This document shows positions 43,505 through 51,079 of a stretch of DNA of 64,000 bases, in pieces. Source of the stretch: Clostridia bacterium (GTDB lineage: Bacteria; Bacillota; Clostridia; Oscillospirales; CAG-272). The stretch is taken from NCBI GenBank assembly GCA_017472305.1, contig JAFUQP010000002.1, positions 2,143-66,142 on the forward strand, read 5' to 3'. The notes beneath the pieces were generated by a model. That model searched no databases, was not told the DNA's origin, and saw nothing but the letters and a program-made list of their open reading frames with translations. A program made the position numbers and the translations under genes. Each line of letters begins with the position of its first letter. The stretch's first letter is position 1.

Positions 43505-43747
43505 ATGGTAAGGCTGACTATAGACAAATATCTTGACAGGCGAGGTATAACTCGCTACGAGCTTGCAAAGCGCACAGAGGTCAAATTTCAAACGATAGAC
43601 CGATATTACAAAAACCGCGTCGTTCGTTACGACAGTTACATTTTAGACCGTATATGCTCTGCGCTCGAGTGTAATCTCTCCGACATTCTCGAATACACAA
43701 AGGACGGCGAGAACCTTCCATCGGCTCCGTCCACAGAAGAGGATTAA
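43505..43747 (+). CDS. Cro/C1 (XRE)-type HTH protein, 80 aa
   Basis: MVRLTIDKYLDRRGITRYELAKRTEVKFQTIDRYYKN...; ATG 43505 follows GGGAGGG. Confidence 0.75.
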   Translation: MVRLTIDKYLDRRGITRYELAKRTEVKFQTIDRYYKNRVVRYDSYILDRICSALECNLSDILEYTKDGENLPSAPSTEED

Positions 43748-43770
43748 TCTTTGGTCAAAATCTTTTTATT

Positions 43771-43826
43771 ATAGCAAAACCTCGCTTTTTGTAGAGTAGC
43801 ATTTACATAGAGCGAGGTTTTGCTTT
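43771..43826. repeat. Terminator-hairpin repeat, copy 2 (DR2), after the HTH gene
   Basis: ATAGCAAAACCTCGCTttttgtagagtagcatttacatagAGCGAGGTTTTGCTTT. Confidence 0.75.
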
Positions 43827-43859
43827 TGTGTTGCATTGGCGCTGCTTTGCCCTACCAAG

Positions 43860-44094
43860 CATCAATAATTCTTGGTAGTACGCGGAGCGTACCAAAACGG
43901 ACAAAGGCTCCGTTTTGCAAGAATTTCAGGGCGAAACCACGATTGTATTATCAAACATTTCGTTTCGCAACTTTGCCCCCCCTAACATCAATAATTCTTG
44001 GTAGTACGCGGAGCGTACCAAAACGGACAAAGGCTCCGTTTTGCAAGAATTACAGGGCGAAACCACGAATGTGTAAGCAAACATTTCGTTTCGC
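43860..44094 (+). repeat. Tandem repeat, period 126 nt, ~1.9 copies, each with conserved nested hairpins (candidate structured RNA; strand not established)
   Basis: Copy 1 is 43860-43985 and copy 2 is 43986-44094. The first 66 nt are identical. The stems are AATTCTTG/CAAGAATT enclosing GTACGC/GCGTAC and AAACGGA/TCCGTTT, then GCGAAAC/GTTTCGC. Confidence 0.7.
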
Positions 44095-44625
44095 CTAGCC
44101 TGTCATAATCCTCTCAAAGCAATCGTTGGTTTCGGGTGTTTCAAACCGTATACCGAGGATTTTAATATACCTTGCGTAATCGTAGTTGTAGGTCGAGAGA
44201 GGGCGTGAGAAGGCGTTGTCGGTTTGTGCCGCAACGAGGATATCCTCGCCGTCAAACCCAACGACAAGGAGCGTGTGATAGTATCCGCCGTCGTTTTTTG
44301 CCAGCTGAATTACGTCCCCGAGTTCAAGCTCGTCAGAGGTCGCAACCCTGCCAAACGGCCCGACGTCAGCGTTCTCTATAATAAAATTGTAGAAAAATTC
44401 CACCCCCGTCCAGGAAGGACTCCTGTCGTCAAGAGAGATAAAGTACCAGCCGAAGGTCGGGGTGTAATTCATTTCACAGCCACCGGCATATATGCACTGC
44501 GAAACGAAATTCGTGCAGTTTCCGCCAATCCCCGCAAAGCTTGCAAAAAAGGAATTCTGCGAGAAGGCATATTTTTTAGCGTAGGCAACGGCGTTTTCTC
44601 TGTTGTAAGGCTTTACCACCAGCAT
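44095..44625 (-). CDS. Putative amidase-domain (NlpC/P60-CHAP-like cysteine hydrolase) protein
   Basis: YNRENAVAYAKKYA...GGNCTNFVSQCIYAGG...YHTLLVVG follows the putative-amidase-domain pattern. Confidence 0.65.
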   Translation of the reverse strand: MLVVKPYNRENAVAYAKKYAFSQNSFFASFAGIGGNCTNFVSQCIYAGGCEMNYTPTFGWYFISLDDRSPSWTGVEFFYNFIIENADVGPFGRVATSDELELGDVIQLAKNDGGYYHTLLVVGFDGEDILVAAQTDNAFSRPLSTYNYDYARYIKILGIRFETPETNDCFERIMTG

Positions 44626-44693
44626 ATCATTCTCCTGTCATAAAGTAAGTCTATATTATTTTATTTCGGAGGAAAAAAATTGTGAAAAATATC

Positions 44694-44722
44694 TTGAAAT
44701 TTTCCCTACGTAGTAGTATAAT
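44694..44722 (+). promoter_or_regulatory. Promoter of the GMP synthase PPase gene
   Basis: TTGAAA, 17 nt, TATAAT. Confidence 0.55.
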
Positions 44723-44758
44723 AATTATATTAATTTTATATTTTCCGGAGGAAATACT

Positions 44759-45760
44759 ATGGACTCTAATAAGAGACCTGAAACCATGGCGCGCATCACC
44801 ACGAAGGAGCTTGCCGACGCGTTTATCGCCGAGCAGGTTGCCGAGGTAAGACGCACCGTCGGCGACAAGAAGGTGCTCCTTGCACTCTCGGGCGGTGTTG
44901 ACAGCTCGGTTGTTGCCGCGCTTCTCATAAAGGCTATCGGAAAGCAGCTCGTCTGCGTTCACGTTAACCACGGACTTATGCGTAAGAACGAGTCCGAGGG
45001 AGTAATCGAGGTCTTCAGAAACCAGCTCGACGCTAACCTTATCTACGTTGACGCGACCGACCGCTTCTTAAATCTCCTTGCAGGCGTATCAGAGCCCGAG
45101 AAGAAGAGAAAAATTATCGGCGCAGAGTTCATAAACGTATTTGCCGACGAGGCACGCAGCCTCGAGGGCATTGATTTCCTCGCGCAGGGTACGATTTACC
45201 CTGATATACTCGAGAGCATCAAGCAGGCAGAGGGCAAGAAGGCAGTCAAGTCGCACCACAACGTTGGCGGACTTCCCGAGGACCTCGACTTTGAGCTTGT
45301 CGAGCCCATAAAGCTCCTTTACAAGGACGAGGTTCGCGTTGTCGGCGAGGCGCTCGGACTTCCTCACGGTATGGTATACCGTCAGCCCTTCCCCGGCCCC
45401 GGTCTTGGCGTTCGCTGCCTCGGTGCTATCACCCGCGACAGACTTGAAGCGCTCCGCGAGGCTGATGCAATTCTCCGCGACGAGTTCGACAAATCGGGCC
45501 TTGCAGAGAAGGTATGGCAGTATTTCGTAGTAATCCCCGACATCAAGTCGGTAGGAGTAAAGGACGACAGCCGCTATGAGGGCTGGCCCGCGATAATCCG
45601 CGCCGTAAACACCAAGGACGCAATGACAGCCTCCATCGAGGAGATACCCTACGCAGTCCTTCACAAGATAGTCGACCGCATCACAAACGAGGTCGAGGGC
45701 ATCAACCGCGTGCTTTATGACCTCACACCGAAGCCTACCGGAACGATAGAATGGGAATAA
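44759..45760 (+). CDS. guaA: GMP synthase ATP-pyrophosphatase plus dimerisation domains only (no glutamine amidotransferase domain), 333 aa
   Basis: The KVLLALSGGVDSSVVAALL PP-loop and the C-terminal ...KPTGTIEWE. Only ~25 residues precede the PPase domain. Confidence 0.8.
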   Translation: MDSNKRPETMARITTKELADAFIAEQVAEVRRTVGDKKVLLALSGGVDSSVVAALLIKAIGKQLVCVHVNHGLMRKNESEGVIEVFRNQLDANLIYVDATDRFLNLLAGVSEPEKKRKIIGAEFINVFADEARSLEGIDFLAQGTIYPDILESIKQAEGKKAVKSHHNVGGLPEDLDFELVEPIKLLYKDEVRVVGEALGLPHGMVYRQPFPGPGLGVRCLGAITRDRLEALREADAILRDEFDKSGLAEKVWQYFVVIPDIKSVGVKDDSRYEGWPAIIRAVNTKDAMTASIEEIPYAVLHKIVDRITNEVEGINRVLYDLTPKPTGTIEWE

Positions 45761-45761
45761 G

Positions 45762-45968
45762 GCATTTGCCGTCGGAAAATGCAATTAAATCCACGCTACG
45801 TGTGGAATAAATCTGCTCCGCAGATGAAATCCTTGCTTTGCAAGGATGATGTCGCTGCGGCGATAAGTGGATTTAATTCAACCCAAAACGCAGTTTTGGA
45901 CTTCATCCGCCACCGGCGGACTTCATCACAACGTGACCTCATCGCGCCAATTATTTTGGCGCGATTTC
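45762..45968 (+). other. Dense array of short perfect hairpins, including a 12-bp long-range closing stem (candidate structured RNA or leader)
   Basis: AATTAAATCCAC (45783-94) pairs with GTGGATTTAATT (45867-78) and encloses ATCTGC/GCAGAT, ATCCTTGC/GCAAGGAT and TCGC/GCGA. Then come CCAAAAC/GTTTTGG, TCCGCC/GGCGGA and ATCGCGCCAA/TTGGCGCGAT followed by TTCATTTT. Confidence 0.5.
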
Positions 45969-45988
45969 ATTTTAAGGAGATTTAGATT

Positions 45989-46329
45989 ATGAAAGAAAAC
46001 AAGCTTGCCGACTTATCAATGTTTTTGCTGTAAACGCATTGGAATTAGAGAATTCAATAGAAGGTCACTATTCTCTTAAGAATCAGTTTGAGCGCTCCGC
46101 AACAAGTATCGGTGCAAATATTCGAGAGGCGAATTATGCTCAAAGCAAAGCAGATTTCATATCAAAGCTTCATGTCGCTTTGAAGGAATGTTATGAAACA
46201 GAATATTGGTTAGAATTATTTGTAAAAGCAAACATAGTTGAAGAAGAAAAGGTCAAGAACCTTTTACACTCTTGCGGAGAGCTCCGCCGCATGCTCGTTT
46301 CCTCGATTACCACGCTTAAAAGCAAATAA
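45989..46329 (+). pseudogene. Four-helix-bundle protein (23S rRNA IVS-protein / Avd-like family) interrupted by a frameshift in a T5 run
   Basis: MKENKLADLSM, then a stop at 46031. The next frame continues FAVNALELENS...SATSIGANIREANYAQSKADFISKL...ETEYWLEL. One extra T at 46022-46026 would restore a ~113-aa ORF. Confidence 0.7.
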
Positions 46330-46342
46330 TTGTTTATTTATT

Positions 46343-46376
46343 CACCGTAGCACTTGTGCTACGGTGATTTATTTTT
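46343..46376 (+). terminator. Terminator after the four-helix-bundle gene
   Basis: CACCGTAGCA cttg TGCTACGGTG followed by ATTTATTTTT. Confidence 0.8.
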
Positions 46377-46411
46377 GTGCTTCTCGGGCTTTCTTTTTTT
46401 GCAAAAAGCTC

Positions 46412-46448
46412 TTGACAAACGTAATACTTCGTGATATGATGTATTACG
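46412..46448 (+). promoter_or_regulatory. padR promoter with an overlapping inverted repeat
   Basis: TTGACA, 17 nt, TATGAT. CGTAATAC (46420-27) and GTATTACG (46441-48) bracket the -10. Confidence 0.55.
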
Positions 46449-46464
46449 CAAGGGGAGGTATCAA

Positions 46465-46770
46465 ATGGATATTCAGTTAAAGCGCGGACTGCTCGACGTG
46501 TGCGTGCTGTCCGCAATCAAGGACGGCGACTCCTACGGATATAAAATTATTAAGGATATGAAGCCGTATATTGAGATGTCGGAGTCAACTCTCTATACCA
46601 TTCTCAAGCGGCTTGAGCTAGCGGGAATGCTGACCGTGCGTACCTCTCTGCACGGCGGAAGGCTCAGGAAATATTATCATATCACCAAGGCAGGCCTTGG
46701 ACGAATTGAGGATTTCAAGGACGAGTGGGGCGAGGTTATGTCGATTTACCGCTTCGTCACCCGTGACTGA
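46465..46770 (+). CDS. PadR-family transcriptional regulator
   Basis: LLDVCVLSAIKDGDSYGYKIIKDM...STLYTILKRLELAGML. Confidence 0.9.
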   Translation: MDIQLKRGLLDVCVLSAIKDGDSYGYKIIKDMKPYIEMSESTLYTILKRLELAGMLTVRTSLHGGRLRKYYHITKAGLGRIEDFKDEWGEVMSIYRFVTRD

Positions 46771-46859
46771 CAGTCGCATATCAAAGATACGAAGCAACTA
46801 TAATTCGGCGCCGAGCTCTTGTGGCGGCGGCACAATTCCAACGAATACGGAGAGAAAAA

Positions 46860-47465
46860 ATGACTAAACGTGAATTTACTGTAAGGCTTGGCGGTATGCT
46901 ATCGGGGTTGCCGAAGCGAGATATTGACGAGCGCATAAGCTTCTACTGTGAAATGATAGACGATAAAATTGAGGACGGTATGTCCGAGGAAGAAGCCGTC
47001 GCCAATTTAGGCAGCATTGAGGACATCGCGGCAGAAATACGCGAGGGCGTGCCGCTAGTGAACCTTGTCAAGGAAAAAATCAAGCCGAAAAGAGGGCTCG
47101 CGGCGTGGGAAATCGTCCTTCTTGTTCTAGGCTCGCCGATTTGGCTCTCGCTGATTGTTGCCGCCGTGGCGGTTGTTTTCTCGCTATATGCCGTGCTGTG
47201 GTCGGCGGTGCTGTCGCTTTGGGCAGTGTTCGTATCGCTTGCCGCCGTGGGTGTCGCGGGAACTATTGCGGGTGTAATTCTCATATTCACCGACGGAGTC
47301 CTTACGGGGCTTGTGCTGATTTCCGGCTCGCTCGTTTCGGCGGGAATTTCAATCCTCGCGTTCTACGGCTGCCGAGCGGCTTCTGTCGGGGCGTTCTATC
47401 TGACAAAGAACAGTGTTCCGCTTGCTAAAAGAATGCTTACTAAAAAGGGAGAGGTTAACGTATAA
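46860..47465 (+). CDS. DUF1700-type membrane protein (PadR-operon partner)
   Basis: MTKREFTVRLGGMLSGLPKRDIDERISFYCEMIDD... plus C-terminal TM segments. Confidence 0.75.
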   Translation: MTKREFTVRLGGMLSGLPKRDIDERISFYCEMIDDKIEDGMSEEEAVANLGSIEDIAAEIREGVPLVNLVKEKIKPKRGLAAWEIVLLVLGSPIWLSLIVAAVAVVFSLYAVLWSAVLSLWAVFVSLAAVGVAGTIAGVILIFTDGVLTGLVLISGSLVSAGISILAFYGCRAASVGAFYLTKNSVPLAKRMLTKKGEVNV

Positions 47466-48481
47466 TGAAAAAGCTATTGATTATATCGGTAATACTTATC
47501 GCTCTCGGCGGTTGTATTTTCGTCGGGGTAATGGCAGCCGGCGGTTGGAATTTTTCAGAAATCGGCAGCGGCTCAATGCAAACCAACACGCATACAGTAG
47601 AAGAGGATTTCGAGAGTATTCTCCTTGACACCGAAACCGCAGATACCTCCTTCCTTCCCGCAGAGGACGGCGTGTGCCGTGTCATCTGCTACGAGCGGGA
47701 AAAGGAAAGGCACACCGCAGAGGTTACCGACGGCAGGCTCGAAATCAAGCTCTGCGACGAGAGAAAATGGTACGAGCATATAAGCTTTGGCTTCAAGTCG
47801 CCGAAGATTACCGTTTACCTGCCAAAAACCGAATACAAGGCGCTTAATATCGACGAAAGCACAGGCGATATTCGCCTGCCTCAAGGCTTCTCCTTCGAGT
47901 CGGCTAAAATAGAAATGAGCACAGGCAACCTTCACCTCGGCGCTTCGGTATCGGGAGAGGCAAAAATCAAAAGCTCAACCGGCAACGTTTCGCTGACTGC
48001 GGCAAGTCTTGGCTCGCTTGACGTCGAGCTATCCACAGGCAACGTGCATCTTGACAACCTGACGGTCATAGGAAGCATCAGGGTGAAAAAGAGCACCGGC
48101 GCGCTTCACGCAACCGCGATAAGCGCAGGCGACGTATCGGTTAGCGGCTCAACGGGAAACGTTACGCTAAAAGAGGTTCGCTCCTCGGGCACCGTTAGCG
48201 TCGACGTCAGCACGGGCAAGGTTAGCCTTACCGACACCACAGCCGAGCGCTTCACTCTTTCGACCGACACGGGCGACGTGATTTTCAATAGCTCCAATGC
48301 AAAGAGCATTAATGTTTCAACCGACACGGGTGACGTCGAAGGAACGCTTCTCTCCCCGAAGCTCTTCTCGACAAGCACCGACACAGGCAAGGTAAGCGTC
48401 CCCTCGCCCTCGGGCACCGAGCCCTGCATAATAGAAACCGACACAGGCGATATCAGCATAAGCATAATCTCGAATGATTAA
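47465..48481 (+). CDS. DUF4097-type beta-strand repeat protein (putative adhesin-like), N-terminal TM anchor
   Basis: Repeated S(T)GN(V/L)xL and DTGD(V/I) strands (STGNLHL, STGNVSL, STGNVHL, STGKVSL, DTGDVIF...). Confidence 0.8.
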   Translation: MKKLLIISVILIALGGCIFVGVMAAGGWNFSEIGSGSMQTNTHTVEEDFESILLDTETADTSFLPAEDGVCRVICYEREKERHTAEVTDGRLEIKLCDERKWYEHISFGFKSPKITVYLPKTEYKALNIDESTGDIRLPQGFSFESAKIEMSTGNLHLGASVSGEAKIKSSTGNVSLTAASLGSLDVELSTGNVHLDNLTVIGSIRVKKSTGALHATAISAGDVSVSGSTGNVTLKEVRSSGTVSVDVSTGKVSLTDTTAERFTLSTDTGDVIFNSSNAKSINVSTDTGDVEGTLLSPKLFSTSTDTGKVSVPSPSGTEPCIIETDTGDISISIISND

Positions 48482-48548
48482 GCGATTTAGGAGCAAGCGC
48501 AAAAATCGCTCCACCCGACCGCAATAATAATATACAGCAGAAATATCA

Positions 48549-48584
48549 AACGGCACCTAATCCTCGGATTAAGTGCCGTTTTTG
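48549..48584. terminator. Bidirectional terminator
   Basis: AACGGCACCTAATCC tc GGATTAAGTGCCGTT followed by TTTTG. Confidence 0.8.
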
Positions 48585-48644
48585 CAAATTATTATTTACT
48601 TTTTTGAGGTGTTTCTTAAAAAGCGCGAGCTTCCTTCGTGTCGA

Positions 48645-49964
48645 TTATTTAAGAAGTCGCTTAAAGCCTGCCTGACAAACGGGAGAGCCTATTGCCTCGA
48701 GAATTGCCTCGCGGGTGCCGACCGAAAGCACTCTTGCAATTTCACAGAACACAGAGTCAACCGCCTCGTAGTAGCCCTCCATAATCTTTTCGGTGTGGGC
48801 AAGTGAAGGATAGAAGCCAATGCCGCCAAGGTATCCTCTCTCGAGCATAAGAACTGTATAGAGCGTCTTTAGTTCCAGCGGGTACTCCTCGAAGGTGAGG
48901 TGTGCAAGGCAGGGCCTGCCGCCTGCGTGCGCAGGAAGTCCGTGCTTTTTTGCAAGCTCGTTCCACTTGTCAATCATAGCCGCGCCGACCTTATTTGCGT
49001 GCTCCCAGACCCTCGTTTCTTCCATTTTCTTTATTGTGGCGAGTGCCGCGACAGGGCCTACGCTCTCGGTCCAATAGGTGCTGCTGATAAAGCTGTCCTC
49101 TGCACCGTACATTGCCGCGCGAGTACCGATTACTGCGGCTATCGGGTGACCGTTGCCGAGCGCCTTCGCAAACACTGCCATATCGGGATTAACCCCAAGC
49201 GCAAGATGCGAGCCGCCAAAGCACCATCTCCAGCCTATCGTAATCTCGTCGAAGATTACAAGTCCGCCGACGCCTCTGACCTTCTCACAGACAAATTTAA
49301 GGAAATCCGGCTCGGGCTCCCCGCCTCTGATAGGCTCCATAATCAGGCAAGCAATACTGTCGCCGTGCTCGGCAATAATTTTCTCGAGTGCCTCTCTGTC
49401 GCCGTAGTTGAAGGTGAGCGCAGAGCCGCCGAGCGCACGCGGAACGCCCGCAGGCTTAAGCCCGGGGAGCAGCTGACCGTCAAGAGCGGAGTCTGCGCCG
49501 AGGTTTGCGGCAATGTACCAGTCAGTCCAACCGTGATAGCCGCATATTACCACCTTGTCCCTGCCGGTGGTTGCTCTCGCAATTCTTACTGCCACGGCAC
49601 AAATCTCGCCGCCCGTGCGTGCAAAGCGAACGTTCTCTGCCCAGGGGTGTATCTCGCAGAGCTTGTCGGCAAGCTCAACCTCCTCGGGGGGATTGAGGGT
49701 GCTCATTGAGCCGTTTTCAATTCTCTCGACAACCGCTCTTGTGACGTCGGGGTCGGCATAGCCGAGAAGGCAGGCGCCTATTCCCGATAGGGTCATATCG
49801 TAATAATGATTGCCGTCAACGTCCCAGACCTCGCAGCCAACAGCCTTCGTAAAATAGCTCGGCCACTTGTCGGGCGCGAACTGCTCGGGGCGCTTCGAGA
49901 GAAGCTGCGTTCCCCCGGGAATTCTTTCCTTTGCGTGACGGTATAGCTCCTGTGCCTTTGACAT
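48645..49964 (-). CDS. Class-III (GSA-aminomutase-like) PLP aminotransferase
   Basis: ERIPGGTQLLSKRP...VWDVDGNHYYD...FDEITIGWR...; 439 aa. Confidence 0.75.
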   Translation of the reverse strand: MSKAQELYRHAKERIPGGTQLLSKRPEQFAPDKWPSYFTKAVGCEVWDVDGNHYYDMTLSGIGACLLGYADPDVTRAVVERIENGSMSTLNPPEEVELADKLCEIHPWAENVRFARTGGEICAVAVRIARATTGRDKVVICGYHGWTDWYIAANLGADSALDGQLLPGLKPAGVPRALGGSALTFNYGDREALEKIIAEHGDSIACLIMEPIRGGEPEPDFLKFVCEKVRGVGGLVIFDEITIGWRWCFGGSHLALGVNPDMAVFAKALGNGHPIAAVIGTRAAMYGAEDSFISSTYWTESVGPVAALATIKKMEETRVWEHANKVGAAMIDKWNELAKKHGLPAHAGGRPCLAHLTFEEYPLELKTLYTVLMLERGYLGGIGFYPSLAHTEKIMEGYYEAVDSVFCEIARVLSVGTREAILEAIGSPVCQAGFKRLLK

Positions 49965-50103
49965 AATTTTTCTCCTTTTTTCCGAATGTTAACAATTCAG
50001 ACCTTTTATTTTCTTTTCATTTTAATTATAATGGTTCTTAAGAGAGTTGTAAACAAGCAAAAGCGACATAATTATAACGAAAAAGTCTATTTATAGAGGT
50101 TGT

Positions 50104-50979
50104 ATGATTAACGGAGAAACACTTGAAATAGAGATTGGAAACATTGGACTACGGATTGTCACCGACTCGATAAGAGCCGCGAGGAACAAGACAGACAGCG
50201 TAACGCACAGTCACACAAGCTATGAGCTTCACCACCTGCTCTCGGGCGGTGCCACACTCGAATACGAGGGCGGCAGCACAGAGCTATCCGAGGGGGAAAC
50301 GCTTCTACTATCGCCCGAGCTCTTCCACCGCTTCGCTGCGGGGTCGGAGGGCGCACTTATTTTAAGCCTTTCGTTTTATCTTGAGAGAAGGGGCTCGGGC
50401 GAGGACCTCTACTCGCTCTTGACATCCGCGCTCCCCGAGAAGGGCTCGCCTATCCGCTTTGAGCGGAGCGAGGCAATCGACGGCTGCATAAAGGGAATAA
50501 CCGCAGGAGCGCACTCCGCCTCGCCCTTTGCAACCGAAGCGGTCAAGGCAAGCCTTGCACTTCTTTTCACCGAGCTCTTTTCCCGACTCGCAGGCGACGG
50601 GGCGAAATCCGACAAACGGAGAGGTGGCGAAAAATACGGCATAAGGGGCTTTGTAATCGAGGAGTATTTCAACAGATATTACGTTGACGGCGCGTCGCTC
50701 TCGGAGCTGTCCGAGCTTCTTTCCCTCTCGAAAAAGCAGACCGAAAGAGCAATCAAGGAAGCGTTTGGCGTGGGATTCCGCGAGCATCTTTTGCGCCTGC
50801 GGATTAAGAGTGCCGAGGAGCTTCTCTCGGGCAGTGACAGGGAGATACGCGAAATCGCCGAGGCTGTCGGCTACTCCTCCTATAACGGCTTCTACGAAAT
50901 CTTCAAGGCGCGAGTCGGAATATCTCCCGAGGAGTACCGAAGGGCGCACCGCAAGCAAGACTTGAGCATATCGCGCTGA
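50104..50979 (+). CDS. AraC-family regulator (cupin-like N-terminal domain)
   Basis: The C-terminal HTH REIAEAVGYSSYNGFYEIFKARVGISPEEYRR. Confidence 0.85.
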   Translation: MINGETLEIEIGNIGLRIVTDSIRAARNKTDSVTHSHTSYELHHLLSGGATLEYEGGSTELSEGETLLLSPELFHRFAAGSEGALILSLSFYLERRGSGEDLYSLLTSALPEKGSPIRFERSEAIDGCIKGITAGAHSASPFATEAVKASLALLFTELFSRLAGDGAKSDKRRGGEKYGIRGFVIEEYFNRYYVDGASLSELSELLSLSKKQTERAIKEAFGVGFREHLLRLRIKSAEELLSGSDREIREIAEAVGYSSYNGFYEIFKARVGISPEEYRRAHRKQDLSISR

Positions 50980-50993
50980 AAGTAAAATAAGGC

Positions 50994-51054
50994 TTGACTT
51001 TCCCACTTTTTAGATGTATAATAATAGGGCTTGCCCTGCGGCAAGCCCATTTTT
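50994..51054 (+). promoter_or_regulatory. Consensus promoter immediately followed by a terminator-like hairpin, upstream of the EamA transporter gene
   Basis: TTGACT, 17 nt, TATAAT (50994-51022), then GGGCTTGCC ctgc GGCAAGCCC ATTTTTG (51027-51054). Confidence 0.5.
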
Positions 51055-51079
51055 GTATTAATTATCAGGAGAAGATATA

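Noticed and set aside
43820-44098. A 92-aa + strand ORF with an internal protein repeat (SIILGSTRSVPKRTKAPFCKN)
   Set aside because: The apparent protein repeat is just a translation of the 126-nt DNA tandem repeat. It has a TTG start and no RBS, and the hairpin structure argues for non-coding sequence.
45779-45985. A 68-aa ORF, and a cloverleaf-like fold that at first glance suggested a tRNA-like gene
   Set aside because: The ORF has no RBS and runs through seven perfect hairpins. The fold has a 12-bp closing stem and 3-4 nt loops, with no D-loop or T-loop consensus and no anticodon loop, so it is not a tRNA or tmRNA.
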